From contig OZ059897.1 of the NCBI GenBank assembly GCA_964057225.1, positions 19,902,001 to 19,966,000 on the forward strand: a DNA stretch of 64,000 bases, written 5' to 3'. This stretch comes from Auanema rhodensis. Its lineage: Eukaryota; Animalia; Nematoda. The translations under genes and the position numbers were made by a program. This document shows positions 40,344 to 56,138 of the stretch, piece after piece. The notes under the pieces were generated by a model. That model had not been told where the DNA came from and searched no databases. It worked only from the letters and a program-made list of their open reading frames with translations. Positions within the stretch are counted from its first letter, which is position 1; each line of letters starts with the position of its first letter.

Positions 40344-42449
40344 ACGATGGACAATGTTATTCAACGAAAAAATTAATTCTTCAGGGTGAAAATCGAGGAT
40401 ATAAGTGTAAACTTATATCAGTTGATATCTCGGTGCATTTTTAAGCTAGCGCAAATCTGATAACACAGATCGACGCAGCTTAAAAATCCGCATCGAATGC
40501 ACTATACTACATTGAGAAACGCTTAATACAAAAATTAGTTATGATCGTTTGAAAAATGATGCATTAGTGTATGTTGAGTTTCCATGTACACTCAACATTG
40601 CTTCCAAAAACATTTTGACAAAAATTTTTTCGAAAAATTTCAAAATAATTTAGCAAAAAGTAGATGTTTTTAGATTCCTTTTTTCAAGGCAAAGACGATG
40701 GACAATGTTATTTAACGAAAAAATTAATTCTTCAGGGTGAAAATCGAGGATATAAGTGTAAACTTATATCAGTTGATATCTCGGTGCATTTTTAAGCTAG
40801 CGCAAATCTGATAACACAGATCGACGCAGCTTAAAAATCCGCATCGAATGCACTATACTACATTGAGAAACGCTTAATACAAAAATTAGTTATGATCGTT
40901 TGAAAAATGATGCATTAGTGTATGTTGAGTTTCCATGTACACTCAACATTGCTTCCAAAAACATTTTGACAAAAATTTTTTCGAAAAATTTCAAAATAAT
41001 TTAGCAAAAAGTAGATGTTTTTAGATTCCTTTTTTCAAGGCAAAGACGATGGACAATGTTATTTAACGAAAAAATTAATTCTTCAGGGTGAAAATCGAGG
41101 ATATAAGTTTAAACTTATATCAGTTGATATCTCGGTGCATTTTTAAGCTAGCGCAAATCTGATAACACAGATCGACGCAGCTTAAAAATCCGCATCGAAT
41201 GCACTATACTACATTGAGAAACGCTTAATACAAAAATTAGTTATGATCGTTTGAAAAATGATGCATTAGTGTATGTTGAGTTTCCATGTACACTCAACAT
41301 TGCTTCCAAAAACATTTTGACAAAAATTTTTTCGAAAAATTTCAAAATAATTTAGCCAAAAGTAGATGTTTTTAGATTCCTTTTTTCAAGGCAAAGACGA
41401 TGGACAATGTTATTCAACGAAAAAATTAATTCTTCAGGGTGAAAATCGAGGATATAAGTGTAAACTTATATCAGTTGATATCTCGGTGCATTTTTAAGCT
41501 AGCGCAAATCTGATAACACAGATCGACGCAGCTTAAAAATCCGCATCGAATGCACTATACTACATTGAGAAACGCTTAATACAAAAATTAGTTATGATCG
41601 TTTGAAAAATGATGCATTAGTGTATGTTGAGTTTCCATGTACACTCAACATTGCTTCCAAAAACATTTTGACAAAAATTTTTTCGAAAAATTTCAAAATA
41701 ATTTAGCAAAAAGTAGATGTTTTTAGATTCCTTTTTTCAAGGCAAAGACGATGGACAATGTTATTTAACGAAAAAATTAATTCTTCAGGGTGAAAATCGA
41801 GGATATAAGTGTAAACTTATATCAGTTGATATCTCGGTGCATTTTTAAGCTAGCGCAAATCTGATAACACAGATCGACGCAGCTTAAAAATCCGCATCGA
41901 ATGCACTATACTACATTGAGAAACGCTTAATACAAAAATTAGTTATGATCGTTTGAAAAATGATGCATTAGTGTATGTTGAGTTTCCATGTACACTCAAC
42001 ATTGCTTCCAAAAACATTTTGACAAAAATTTTTTCGAAAAATTTCAAAATAATTTAGCAAAAAGTAGATGTTTTTAGATTCCTTTTTTCAAGGCAAAGAC
42101 GATGGACAATGTTATTTAACGAAAAAATTAATTCTTCAGGGTGAAAATCGAGGATATAAGTTTAAACTTATATCAGTTGATATCTCGGTGCATTTTTAAG
42201 CTAGCGCAAATCTGATAACACAGATCGACGCAGCTTAAAAATCCGCATCGAATGCACTATACTACATTGAGAAACGCTTAATACAAAAATTAGTTATGAT
42301 CGTTTGAAAAATGATGCATTAGTGTATGTTGAGTTTCCATGTACACTCAACATTGCTTCCAAAAACATTTTGACAAAAATTTTTTCGAAAAATTTCAAAA
42401 TAATTTAGCAAAAAGTAGATGTTTTTAGATTCCTTTTTTCAAGGCAAAG
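40344..42449. repeat. Trimer duplication (2 x 1053 bp)
   Basis: AAGTTTAAAC variant at 41109 and 42162; C-T-T order at m19 repeats; AGCCAAA precedes both copies. Confidence 0.82.
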
Positions 42450-45400
42450 ACGATGGACAATGTTATTCAACGAAAAAATTAATTCTTCAGGGTGAAAATC
42501 GAGGATATAAGTGTGAACTTATAACAGTTGATATCTCGGTACATTTTTAAGCTAGCGCAAATCTGATAACACAGATCGACGCAGCTTAAAAATCCGCATC
42601 GAATGCACTATACTACATTGAGAAACGCTTAATACAAAAATTAGTTATGATCGTTTGAAAAATGATGCATTAGTGTATGTTGAGTTTCCATGTACACTCA
42701 ACATTGCTTCCAAAAACATTTTGACAAAAATTTTTTCGAAAAATTTCATAATAATTTAGCAAAAAGTAGATGTTTTTAGATTCCTTTTTTCAAGGCAAAG
42801 ACGATGGACAATGTTATTTAACGAAAAAATTAATTCTTCAGGGTGAAAATCGAGGATATAAGTGTAAACTTATATCAGTTGATATCTCGGTGCATTTTTA
42901 AGCTAGCGCAAATCTGATAACACAGATCGACGCAGCTTAAAAATCCGCATCGAATGCACTATACTACATTGAGAAACGCTCAATACAAAAATTAGTTATG
43001 ATCGTTTGAAAAATGATGCATTAGTGTATGTTGAGTTTCCATGTACACTCAACATTGCTTCCAAAAACATTTTGACAAAAATTTTTTCGAAAAATTTCAA
43101 AATAATTTAGCAAAAAGTAGATGTTTTTAGATTCCTTTTTTCAAGGCAAAGACGATGGACAATGTTATTTAACGAAAAAATTAATTCTTCAGGGTGAAAA
43201 TCGAGGATATAAGTGTAAACTTATATCAGTTGATATCTCGGTGCATTTTTAAGCTAGCGCAAATCTGATAACACAGATCGACGCAGCTTAAAAATCCGCA
43301 TCGAATGCACTATACTACATTGAGAAACGCTTAATACAAAAATTAGTTATGATCGTTTGAAAAATGATGCATTAGTGTATGTTGAGTTTCCATGTACACT
43401 CAACATTGCTTCCAAAAACATTTTGACAAAAATTTTTTCGAAAAATTTCAAAATAATTTAGCAAAAAGTAGATGTTTTTAGATTCCTTTTTTCAAGGCAA
43501 AGACGATGGACAATGTTATTCAACGAAAAAATTAATTCTTCAGGGTGAAAATCGAGGATATAAGTGTGAACTTATATCAGTTGATATCTCGGTGCATTTT
43601 TAAGCTAGCGCAAATCTGATAACACAGATCGACGCAGCTTAAAAATCCGCATCGAATGCACTATACTACATTGAGAAACGCTTAATACAAAAATTAGTTA
43701 TGATCGTTTGAAAAATGATGCATTAGTGTATGTTGAGTTTCCATGTACACTCAACATTGCTTCCAAAAACATTTTGACAAAAATTTTTTCGAAAAATTTC
43801 AAAATAATTTAGCAAAAAGTAGATGTTTTTAGATTCCTTTTTTCAAGGCAAAGACGATGGACAATGTTATTTAACGAAAAAATTAATTCTTCAGGGTGAA
43901 AATCGAGGATATAAGTGTAAACTTATATCAGTTGATATCTCGGTGCATTTTTAAGCTAGCGCAAATCTGATAACACAGATCGACGCAGCTTAAAAATCCG
44001 CATCGAATGCACTATACTACATTGAGAAACGCTCAATACAAAAATTAGTTATGATCGTTTGAAAAATGATGCATTAGTGTATGTTGAGTTTCCATGTACA
44101 CTCAACATTGCTTCCAAAAACATTTTGACAAAAATTTTTTCGAAAAATTTCAAAATAATTTAGCAAAAAGTAGATGTTTTTAGATTCCTTTTTTCAAGGC
44201 AAAGACGATGGACAATGTTATTTAACGAAAAAATTAATTCTTCAGGGTGAAAATCGAGGATATAAGTGTAAACTTATATCAGTTGATATCTCGGTGCATT
44301 TTTAAGCTAGCGCAAATCTGATAACACAGATCGACGCAGCTTAAAAATCCGCATCGAATGCACTATACTACATTGAGAAACGCTTAATACAAAAATTAGT
44401 TATGATCGTTTGAAAAATGATGCATTAGTGTATGTTGAGTTTCCATGTACACTCAACATTGCTTCCAAAAACATTTTGACAAAAATTTTTTCGAAAAATT
44501 TCAAAATAATTTAGCAAAAAGTAGATGTTTTTAGATTCCTTTTTTCAAGGCAAAGACGATGGACAATGTTATTTAACGAAAAAATTAATTCTTCAGGGTG
44601 AAAATCGAGGATATAAGTGTAAACTTATATCAGTTGATATCTCGGTGCATTTTTAAGCTAGCGCAAATCTGATAACACAGATCGACGCAGCTTAAAAATC
44701 CGCATCGAATGCACTATACTACATTGAGAAACGCTTAATACAAAAATTAGTTATGATCGTTTGAAAAATGATGCATTAGTGTATGTTGAGTTTCCATGTA
44801 CACTCAACATTGCTTCCAAAAACATTTTGACAAAAATTTTTTCGAAAAATTTCAAAATAATTTAGCAAAAAGTAGATGTTTTTAGATTCCTTTTTTCAAG
44901 GCAAAGACGATGGACAATGTTATTCAACGAAAAAATTAATTCTTCAGGGTGAAAATCGAGGATATAAGTGTAAACTTATATCAGTTGATATCTCGGTGCA
45001 TTTTTAAGCTAGCGCACATCTGATAACACAGATCGACGCAGCTTAAAAATCCGCATCGAATGCACTATACTACATTGAGAAACGCTTAATACAAAAATTA
45101 GTTATGATCGTTTGAAAAATGATGCATTAGTGTATGTTGAGTTTCCATGTACACTCAACATTGCTTCCAAAAACATTTTGACAAAAATTTTTTCGAAAAA
45201 TTTCAAAATAATTTAGCAAAAAGTAGATGTTTTTAGATTCCTTTTTTCAAGGCAAAGACGATGGACAATGTTATTCAACGAAAAAATTAATTCTTCAGGG
45301 TGAAAATCGAGGATATAAGTGTAAACTTATATCAGTTGATATCTCGGTGCATTTTTAAGCTAGCGCACATCTGATAACACAGATCGACGCAGCTTAAAAA

Positions 45401-45608
45401 TCCGCATCGAATGCACTATACTACATTGAGAAACGCTTAATACAAAAATTAGTTATGATCGTTTGAAAAATGATGCATTAGTGTATGTTGAGTTTCCATG
45501 TACACTCAACATTGCTTCCAAAAACATTTTGACAAAAATTTTTTCGAAAAATTTCAAAATAATTTAGCAAAAAGTAGATGTTTTTAGATTCCTTTTTTCA
45601 AGGCAAAG

Positions 45609-48600
45609 ACGATGGACAATGTTATTCAACGAAAAAATTAATTCTTCAGGGTGAAAATCGAGGATATAAGTGTGAACTTATAACAGTTGATATCTCGGTA
45701 CATTTTTAAGCTAGCGCAAATCTGATAACACAGATCGACGCAGCTTAAAAATCCGCATCGAATGCACTATACTACATTGAGAAACGCTTAATACAAAAAT
45801 TAGTTATGATCGTTTGAAAAATGATGCATTAGTGTATGTTGAGTTTCCATGTACACTCAACATTGCTTCCAAAAACATTTTGACAAAAATTTTTTCGAAA
45901 AATTTCAAAATAATTTAGCAAAAAGTAGATGTTTTTAGATTCCTTTTTTCAAGGCAAAGACGATGGACAATGTTATTCAACGAAAAAATTAATTCTTCAG
46001 GGTGAAAATCGAGGATATAAGTGTAAACTTATATCAGTTGATATCTCGGTGCATTTTTAAGCTAGCGCAAATCTGATAACACAGATCGACGCAGCTTAAA
46101 AATCCGCATCGAATGCACTATACTACATTGAGAAACGCTTAATACAAAAATTAGTTATGATCGTTTGAAAAATGATGCATTAGTGTATGTTGAGTTTCCA
46201 TGTACACTCAACATTGCTTCCAAAAACATTTTGACAAAAATTTTTTCGAAAAATTTCAAGATAATTTAGCAAAAAGTAGATGTTTTTAGATTCCTTTTTT
46301 CAAGGCAAAGACGATGGACAATGTTATTCAACGAAAAAATTAATTCTTCAGGGTGAAAATCGAGGATATAAGTGTAAACTTATATCAGTTGATATCTCGG
46401 TGCATTTTTAAGCTAGCGCAAATCTGATAACACAGATCGACGCAGCTTAAAAATCCGCATCGAATGCACTATACTACATTGAGAAACGCTTAATACAAAA
46501 ATTAGTTATGATCGTTTGAAAAATGATGCATTAGTGTATGTTGAGTTTCCATGTACACTCAACATTGCTTCCAAAAACATTTTGACAAAAATTTTTTCGA
46601 AAAATTTCAAAATAATTTAGCAAAAAGTAGATGTTTTCAGATTCCTTTTTTCAAGGCAAAGACGATGGACAATGTTATTCAACGAAAAAATTAATTCTTC
46701 AGGGTGAAAATCGAGGATATAAGTGTAAACTTATATCAGTTGATATCTCGGTGCATTTTTAAGCTAGCGCAAATCTGATAACACAGATCGACGCAGCTTA
46801 AAAATCCGCATCGAATGCACTATACTACATTGAGAAACGCTTAATACAAAAATTAGTTATGATCGTTTGAAAAATGATGCATTAGTGTATGTTGAGTTTC
46901 CATGTACACTCAACATTGCTTCCAAAAACATTTTGACAAAAATTTTTTCGAAAAATTTCAAAATAATTTAGCCAAAAGTAGATGTTTTTAGATTCCTTTT
47001 TTCAAGGCAAAGACGATGGACAATGTTATTCAACGAAAAAATTAATTCTTCAGGGTGAAAATCGAGGATATAAGTGTAAACTTATATCAGTTGATATCTC
47101 GGTGCATTTTTAAGCTAGCGCAAATCTGATAACACAGATCGACGCAGCTTAAAAATCCGCATCGAATGCACTATACTACATTGAGAAACGCTTAATACAA
47201 AAATTAGTTATGATCGTTTGAAAAATGATGCATTAGTGTATGTTGAGTTTCCATGTACACTCAACATTGCTTCCAAAAACATTTTGACAAAAATTTTTTC
47301 GAAAAATTTCAAAATAATTTAGCAAAAAGTAGATGTTTTTAGATTCCTTTTTTCAAGGCAAAGACGATGGACAATGTTATTTAACGAAAAAATTAATTCT
47401 TCAGGGTGAAAATCGAGGATATAAGTGTGAACTTATAACAGTTGATATCTCGGTACATTTTTAAGCTAGCGCAAATCTGATAACACAGATCGACGCAGCT
47501 TAAAAATCCGCATCGAATGCACTATACTACATTGAGAAACGCTTAATACAAAAATTAGTTATGATCGTTTGAAAAATGATGCATTAGTGTATGTTGAGTT
47601 TCCATGTACACTCAACATTGCTTCCAAAAACATTTTGACAAAAATTTTTTCGAAAAATTTCATAATAATTTAGCAAAAAGTAGATGTTTTTAGATTCCTT
47701 TTTTCAAGGCAAAGACGATGGACAATGTTATTTAACGAAAAAATTAATTCTTCAGGGTGAAAATCGAGGATATAAGTGTAAACTTATATCAGTTGATATC
47801 TCGGTGCATTTTTAAGCTAGCGCAAATCTGATAACACAGATCGACGCAGCTTAAAAATCCGCATCGAATGCACTATACTACATTGAGAAACGCTCAATAC
47901 AAAAATTAGTTATGATCGTTTGAAAAATGATGCATTAGTGTATGTTGAGTTTCCATGTACACTCAACATTGCTTCCAAAAACATTTTGACAAAAATTTTT
48001 TCGAAAAATTTCAAAATAATTTAGCAAAAAGTAGATGTTTTTAGATTCCTTTTTTCAAGGCAAAGACGATGGACAATGTTATTTAACGAAAAAATTAATT
48101 CTTCAGGGTGAAAATCGAGGATATAAGTGTAAACTTATATCAGTTGATATCTCGGTGCATTTTTAAGCTAGCGCAAATCTGATAACACAGATCGACGCAG
48201 CTTAAAAATCCGCATCGAATGCACTATACTACATTGAGAAACGCTTAATACAAAAATTAGTTATGATCGTTTGAAAAATGATGCATTAGTGTATGTTGAG
48301 TTTCCATGTACACTCAACATTGCTTCCAAAAACATTTTGACAAAAATTTTTTCGAAAAATTTCAAAATAATTTAGCCAAAAGTAGATGTTTTTAGATTCC
48401 TTTTTTCAAGGCAAAGACGATGGACAATGTTATTTAACGAAAAAATTAATTCTTCAGGGTGAAAATCGAGGATATAAGTGTAAACTTATATCAGTTGATA
48501 TCTCGGTGCATTTTTAAGCTAGCGCAAATCTGATAACACAGATCGACGCAGCTTAAAAATCCGCATCGAATGCACTATACTACATTGAGAAACGCTTAAT

Positions 48601-51600
48601 ACAAAAATTAGTTATGATCGTTTGAAAAATGATGCATTAGTGTATGTTGAGTTTCCATGTACACTCAACATTGCTTCCAAAAACATTTTGACAAAAATTT
48701 TTTCGAAAAATTTCAAAATAATTTAGCAAAAAGTAGATGTTTTTAGATTCCTTTTTTCAAGGCAAAGACGATGGACAATGTTATTTAACGAAAAAATTAA
48801 TTCTTCAGGGTGAAAATCGAGGATATAAGTGTAAACTTATATCAGTTGATATCTCGGTGCATTTTTAAGCTAGCGCAAATCTGATAACACAGATCGACGC
48901 AGCTTAAAAATCCGCATCGAATGCACTATACTACATTGAGAAACGCTTAATACAAAAATTAGTTATGATCGTTTGAAAAATGATGCATTAGTGTATGTTG
49001 AGTTTCCATGTACACTCAACATTGCTTCCAAAAACATTTTGACAAAAATTTTTTCGAAAAATTTCAAAATAATTTAGCAAAAAGTAGATGTTTTTAGATT
49101 CCTTTTTTCAAGGCAAAGACGATGGACAATGTTATTCAACGAAAAAATTAATTCTTCAGGGTGAAAATCGAGGATATAAGTGTAAACTTATATCAGTTGA
49201 TATCTCGGTGCATTTTTAAGCTAGCGCAAATCTGATAACACAGATCGACGCAGCTTAAAAATCCGCATCGAATGCACTGTACTACATGGAAGAACGCTTA
49301 ATACAAAAATTAGTTATGATCGTTTGAAAAATGATGCATTAGTGTATGTTGAGTTTCCATGTACACTCAACATTGCTTCCAAAAACATTTTGACAAAAAT
49401 TTTTTCGAAAAATTTCAAAATAATTTAGCAAAAAGTAGATGTTTTTAGATTCCTTTTTTCAAGGCAAAGACGATGGACAATGTTATTCAACGAAAAAATT
49501 AATTCTTCAGGGTGAAAATCGAGGATATAAGTGTGAACTTATAACAGTTGATATCTCGGTACATTTTTAAGCTAGCGCAAATCTGATAACACAGATCGAC
49601 GCAGCTTAAAAATCCGCATCGAATGCACTATACTACATTGAGAAACGCTTAATACAAAAATTAGTTATGATCGTTTGAAAAATGATGCATTAGTGTATGT
49701 TGAGTTTCCATGTACACTCAACATTGCTTCCAAAAACATTTTGACAAAAATTTTTTCGAAAAATTTCAAAATAATTTAGCAAAAAGTAGATGTTTTTAGA
49801 TTCCTTTTTTCAAGGCAAAGACGATGGACAATGTTATTCAACGAAAAAATTAATTCTTCAGGGTGAAAATCGAGGATATAAGTGTAAACTTATATCAGTT
49901 GATATCTCGGTGCATTTTTAAGCTAGCGCAAATCTGATAACACAGATCGACGCAGCTTAAAAATCCGCATCGAATGCACTATACTACATTGAGAAACGCT
50001 TAATACAAAAATTAGTTATGATCGTTTGAAAAATGATGCATTAGTGTATGTTGAGTTTCCATGTACACTCAACATTGCTTCCAAAAACATTTTGACAAAA
50101 ATTTTTTCGAAAAATTTCAAAATAATTTAGCAAAAAGTAGATGTTTTTAGATTCCTTTTTTCAAGGCAAAGACGATGGACAATGTTATTCAACGAAAAAA
50201 TTAATTCTTCAGGGTGAAAATCGAGGATATAAGTGTAAACTTATATCAGTTGATATCTCGGTGCATTTTTAAGCTAGCGCAAATCTGATAACACAGATCG
50301 ACGCAGCTTAAAAATCCGCATCGAATGCACTATACTACATTGAGAAACGCTTAATACAAAAATTAGTTATGATCGTTTGAAAAATGATGCATTAGTGTAT
50401 GTTGAGTTTCCATGTACACTCAACATTGCTTCCAAAAACATTTTGACAAAAATTTTTTCGAAAAATTTCAAAATAATTTAGCAAAAAGTAGATGTTTTCA
50501 GATTCCTTTTTTCAAGGCAAAGACGATGGACAATGTTATTTAACGAAAAAATTAATTCTTCAGGGTGAAAATCGAGGATATAAGTGTAAACTTATATCAG
50601 TTGATATCTCGGTGCATTTTTAAGCTAGCGCAAATCTGATAACACAGATCGACGCAGCTTAAAAATCCGCATCGAATGCACTATACTACATTGAGAAACG
50701 CTTAATACAAAAATTAGTTATGATCGTTTGAAAAATGATGCATTAGTGTATGTTGAGTTTCCATGTACACTCAACATTGCTTCCAAAAACATTTTGACAA
50801 AAATTTTTTCGAAAAATTTCAAAATAATTTAGCCAAAAGTAGATGTTTTTAGATTCCTTTTTTCAAGGCAAAGACGATGGACAATGTTATTCAACGAAAA
50901 AATTAATTCTTCAGGGTGAAAATCGAGGATATAAGTGTAAACTTATATCAGTTGATATCTCGGTGCATTTTTAAGCTAGCGCAAATCTGATAACACAGAT
51001 CGACGCAGCTTAAAAATCCGCATCGAATGCACTATACTACATTGAGAAACGCTTAATACAAAAATTAGTTATGATCGTTTGAAAAATGATGCATTAGTGT
51101 ATGTTGAGTTTCCATGTACACTCAACATTGCTTCCAAAAACATTTTGACAAAAATTTTTTCGAAAAATTTCAAAATAATTTAGCAAAAAGTAGATGTTTT
51201 TAGATTCCTTTTTTCAAGGCAAAGACGATGGACAATGTTATTTAACGAAAAAATTAATTCTTCAGGGTGAAAATCGAGGATATAAGTGTGAACTTATAAC
51301 AGTTGATATCTCGGTACATTTTTAAGCTAGCGCAAATCTGATAACACAGATCGACGCAGCTTAAAAATCCGCATCGAATGCACTATACTACATTGAGAAA
51401 CGCTTAATACAAAAATTAGTTATGATCGTTTGAAAAATGATGCATTAGTGTATGTTGAGTTTCCATGTACACTCAACATTGCTTCCAAAAACATTTTGAC
51501 AAAAATTTTTTCGAAAAATTTCATAATAATTTAGCAAAAAGTAGATGTTTTTAGATTCCTTTTTTCAAGGCAAAGACGATGGACAATGTTATTTAACGAA

Positions 51601-52277
51601 AAAATTAATTCTTCAGGGTGAAAATCGAGGATATAAGTGTAAACTTATATCAGTTGATATCTCGGTGCATTTTTAAGCTAGCGCAAATCTGATAACACAG
51701 ATCGACGCAGCTTAAAAATCCGCATCGAATGCACTATACTACATTGAGAAACGCTCAATACAAAAATTAGTTATGATCGTTTGAAAAATGATGCATTAGT
51801 GTATGTTGAGTTTCCATGTACACTCAACATTGCTTCCAAAAACATTTTGACAAAAATTTTTTCGAAAAATTTCAAAATAATTTAGCAAAAAGTAGATGTT
51901 TTTAGATTCCTTTTTTCAAGGCAAAGACGATGGACAATGTTATTTAACGAAAAAATTAATTCTTCAGGGTGAAAATCGAGGATATAAGTGTAAACTTATA
52001 TCAGTTGATATCTCGGTGCATTTTTAAGCTAGCGCAAATCTGATAACACAGATCGACGCAGCTTAAAAATCCGCATCGAATGCACTATACTACATTGAGA
52101 AACGCTTAATACAAAAATTAGTTATGATCGTTTGAAAAATGATGCATTAGTGTATGTTGAGTTTCCATGTACACTCAACATTGCTTCCAAAAACATTTTG
52201 ACAAAAATTTTTTCGAAAAATTTCAAAATAATTTAGCAAAAAGTAGATGTTTTTAGATTCCTTTTTTCAAGGCAAAG
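45609..52277. repeat. Diverged duplication with period 11 monomers (3861 bp)
   Basis: TTTTCAG at 46638/50499, AGCCA in monomers 46662/50523, T19-B-TTCATAAT in 47364/51225 and CTCAAT in 47715/51576. Confidence 0.82.
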
Positions 52278-55200
52278 ACGATGGACAATGTTATTCAACG
52301 AAAAAATTAATTCTTCAGGGTGAAAATCGAGGATATAAGTGTGAACTTATATCAGTTGATATCTCGGTGCATTTTTAAGCTAGCGCAAATCTGATAACAC
52401 AGATCGACGCAGCTTAAAAATCCGCATCGAATGCACTATACTACATTGAGAAACGCTTAATACAAAAATTAGTTATGATCGTTTGAAAAATGATGCATTA
52501 GTGTATGTTGAGTTTCCATGTACACTCAACATTGCTTCCAAAAACATTTTGACAAAAATTTTTTCGAAAAATTTCAAAATAATTTAGCAAAAAGTAGATG
52601 TTTTTAGATTCCTTTTTTCAAGGCAAAGACGATGGACAATGTTATTTAACGAAAAAATTAATTCTTCAGGGTGAAAATCGAGGATATAAGTGTAAACTTA
52701 TATCAGTTGATATCTCGGTGCATTTTTAAGCTAGCGCAAATCTGATAACACAGATCGACGCAGCTTAAAAATCCGCATCGAATGCACTATACTACATTGA
52801 GAAACGCTTAATACAAAAATTAGTTATGATCGTTTGAAAAATGATGCATTAGTGTATGTTGAGTTTCCATGTACACTCAACATTGCTTCCAAAAACATTT
52901 TGACAAAAATTTTTTCGAAAAATTTCAAAATAATTTAGCCAAAAGTAGATGTTTTTAGATTCCTTTTTTCAAGGCAAAGACGATGGACAATGTTATTCAA
53001 CGAAAAAATTAATTCTTCAGGGTGAAAATCGAGGATATAAGTGTAAACTTATATCAGTTGATATCTCGGTGCATTTTTAAGCTAGCGCAAATCTGATAAC
53101 ACAGATCGACGCAGCTTAAAAATCCGCATCGAATGCACTATACTACATTGGGAAACGCTTAATACAAAAATTAGTTATGATCGTTTGAAAAATGATGCAT
53201 TAGTGTATGTTGAGTTTCCATGTACACTCAACATTGCTTCCAAAAACATTTTGACAAAAATTTTTTCGAAAAATTTCAAAATAATTTAGCCAAAAGTAGA
53301 TGTTTTTAGATTCCTTTTTTCAAGGCAAAGACGATGGACAATGTTATTCAACGAAAAAATTAATTCTTCAGGGTGAAAATCGAGGATATAAGTGTAAACT
53401 TATATCAGTTGATATCTCGGTGCATTTTTAAGCTAGCGCAAATCTGATAACACAGATCGACGCAGCTTAAAAATCCGCATCGAATGCACTATACTACATT
53501 GAGAAACGCTTAATACAAAAATTAGTTATGATCGTTTGAAAAATGATGCATTAGTGTATGTTGAGTTTCCATGTACACTCAACATTGCTTCCAAAAACAT
53601 TTTGACAAAAATTTTTTCGAAAAATTTCAAAATAATTTAGCAAAAAGTAGATGTTTTTAGATTCCTTTTTTCAAGGCAAAGACGATGGACAATGTTATTT
53701 AACGAAAAAATTAATTCTTCAGGGTGAAAATCGAGGATATAAGTGTAAACTTATATCAGTTGATATCTCGGTGCATTTTTAAGCTAGCGCAAATCTGATA
53801 ACACAGATCGACGCAGCTTAAAAATCCGCATCGAATGCACTATACTACATGGAAGAACGCTTAATACAAAAATTAGTTATGATCGTTTGAAAAATGATGC
53901 ATTAGTGTATGTTGAGTTTCCATGTACACTCAACATTGCTTCCAAAAACATTTTGACAAAAATTTTTTCGAAAAATTTCAGAATAATTTAGCAAAAAGTA
54001 GATGTTTTTAGATTCCTTTTTTCAAGGCAAAGACGATGGACAATGTTATTCAACGAAAAAATTAATTCTTCAGGGTGAAAATCGAGGATATAAGTGTAAA
54101 CTTATATCAGTTGATATCTCGGTGCATTTTTAAGCTAGCGCAAATCTGATAACACAGATCGACGCAGCTTAAAAATCCGCATCGAATGCACTATACTACA
54201 TTGGGAAACGCTTAATACAAAAATTAGTTATGATCGTTTGAAAAATGATGCATTAGTGTATGTTGAGTTTCCATGTACACTCAACATTGCTTCCAAAAAC
54301 ATTTTGACAAAAATTTTTTCGAAAAATTTCAAAATAATTTAGCAAAAAGTAGATGTTTTTAGATTCCTTTTTTTAAGGCAAAGACGATGGACAATGTTAT
54401 TCAACGAAAAAATTAATTCTTCGGGGTGAAAATCGAGGATATAAGTGTAAACTTATATCAGTTGATATCTCGGTGCATTTTTAAGCTAGCGCAAATCTGA
54501 TAACACAGATCGACGCAGCTTAAAAATCCGCATCGAATGCACTATACTACATGGAAGAACGCTTAATACAAAAATTAGTTATGATCGTTTGAAAAATGAT
54601 GCATTAGTGTATGTTGAGTTTCCATGTACACTCAACATTGCTTCCAAAAACATTTTGACAAAAATTTTTTCGAAAAATTTCAAAATAATTTAGCAAAAAG
54701 TAGATGTTTTTAGATTCCTTTTTTTAAGGCAAAGACGATGGACAATGTTATTTAACGAAAAAATTAATTCTTCAGGGTGAAAATCGAGGATATAAGTGTA
54801 AACTTATATCAGTTGATATCTCGGTGCATTTTTAAGCTAGCGCAAATCTGATAACACAGATCGACGCAGCTTAAAAATCCGCATCGAATGCACTATACTA
54901 CATTGAGAAACGCTCAATACAAAAATTAGTTATGATCGTTTGAAAAATGATGCATTAGTGTATGTTGAGTTTCCATGTACACTCAACATTGCTTCCAAAA
55001 ACATTTTGACAAAAATTTTTTCGAAAAATTTCAAAATAATTTAGCAAAAAGTAGATGTTTTTAGATTCCTTTTTTCAAGGCAAAGACGATGGACAATGTT
55101 ATTTAACGAAAAAATTAATTCTTCAGGGTGAAAATCGAGGATATAAGTGTAAACTTATATCAGTTGATATCTCGGTGCATTTTTAAGCTAGCGCAAATCT

Positions 55201-56138
55201 GATAACACAGATCGACGCAGCTTAAAAATCCGCATCGAATGCACTATACTACATGGAAGAACGCTTAATACAAAAATTAGTTATGATCGTTTGAAAAATG
55301 ATGCATTAGTGTATGTTGAGTTTCCATGTACACTCAACATTGCTTCCAAAAACATTTTGACAAAAATTTTTTCGAAAAATTTCAAAATAATTTAGCAAAA
55401 AGTAGATGTTTTTAGATTCCTTTTTTCAAGGCAAAGACGATGGACAATGTTATTCAACGAAAAAATTAATTCTTCAGGGTGAAAATCGAGGATATAAGTG
55501 TAAACTTATATCAGTTGATATCTCGGTGCATTTTTAAGCTAGCGCAAATCTGATAACACAGATCGACGCAGCTTAAAAATCCGCATCGAATGCACTATAC
55601 TACATTGAGAAACGCTCAATACAAAAATTAGTTATGATCGTTTGAAAAATGATGCATTAGTGTATGTTGAGTTTCCATGTACACTCAACATTGCTTCCAA
55701 AAACATTTTGACAAAAATTTTTTCGAAAAATTTCAAAATAATTTAGCAAAAAGTAGATGTTTTTAGATTCCTTTTTTCAAGGCAAAGACGATGGACAATG
55801 TTATTTAACGAAAAAATTAATTCTTCAGGGTGAAAATCGAGGATATAAGTGTAAACTTATATCAGTTGATATCTCGGTGCATTTTTAAGCTAGCGCAAAT
55901 CTGATAACACAGATCGACGCAGCTTAAAAATCCGCATCGAATGCACTATACTACATTGAGAAACGCTCAATACAAAAATTAGTTATGATCGTTTGAAAAA
56001 TGATGCATTAGTGTATGTTGAGTTTCCATGTACACTCAACATTGCTTCCAAAAACATTTTGACAAAAATTTTTTCGAAAAATTTCAAAATAATTTAGCAA
56101 AAAGTAGATGTTTTTAGATTCCTTTTTTCAAGGCAAAG

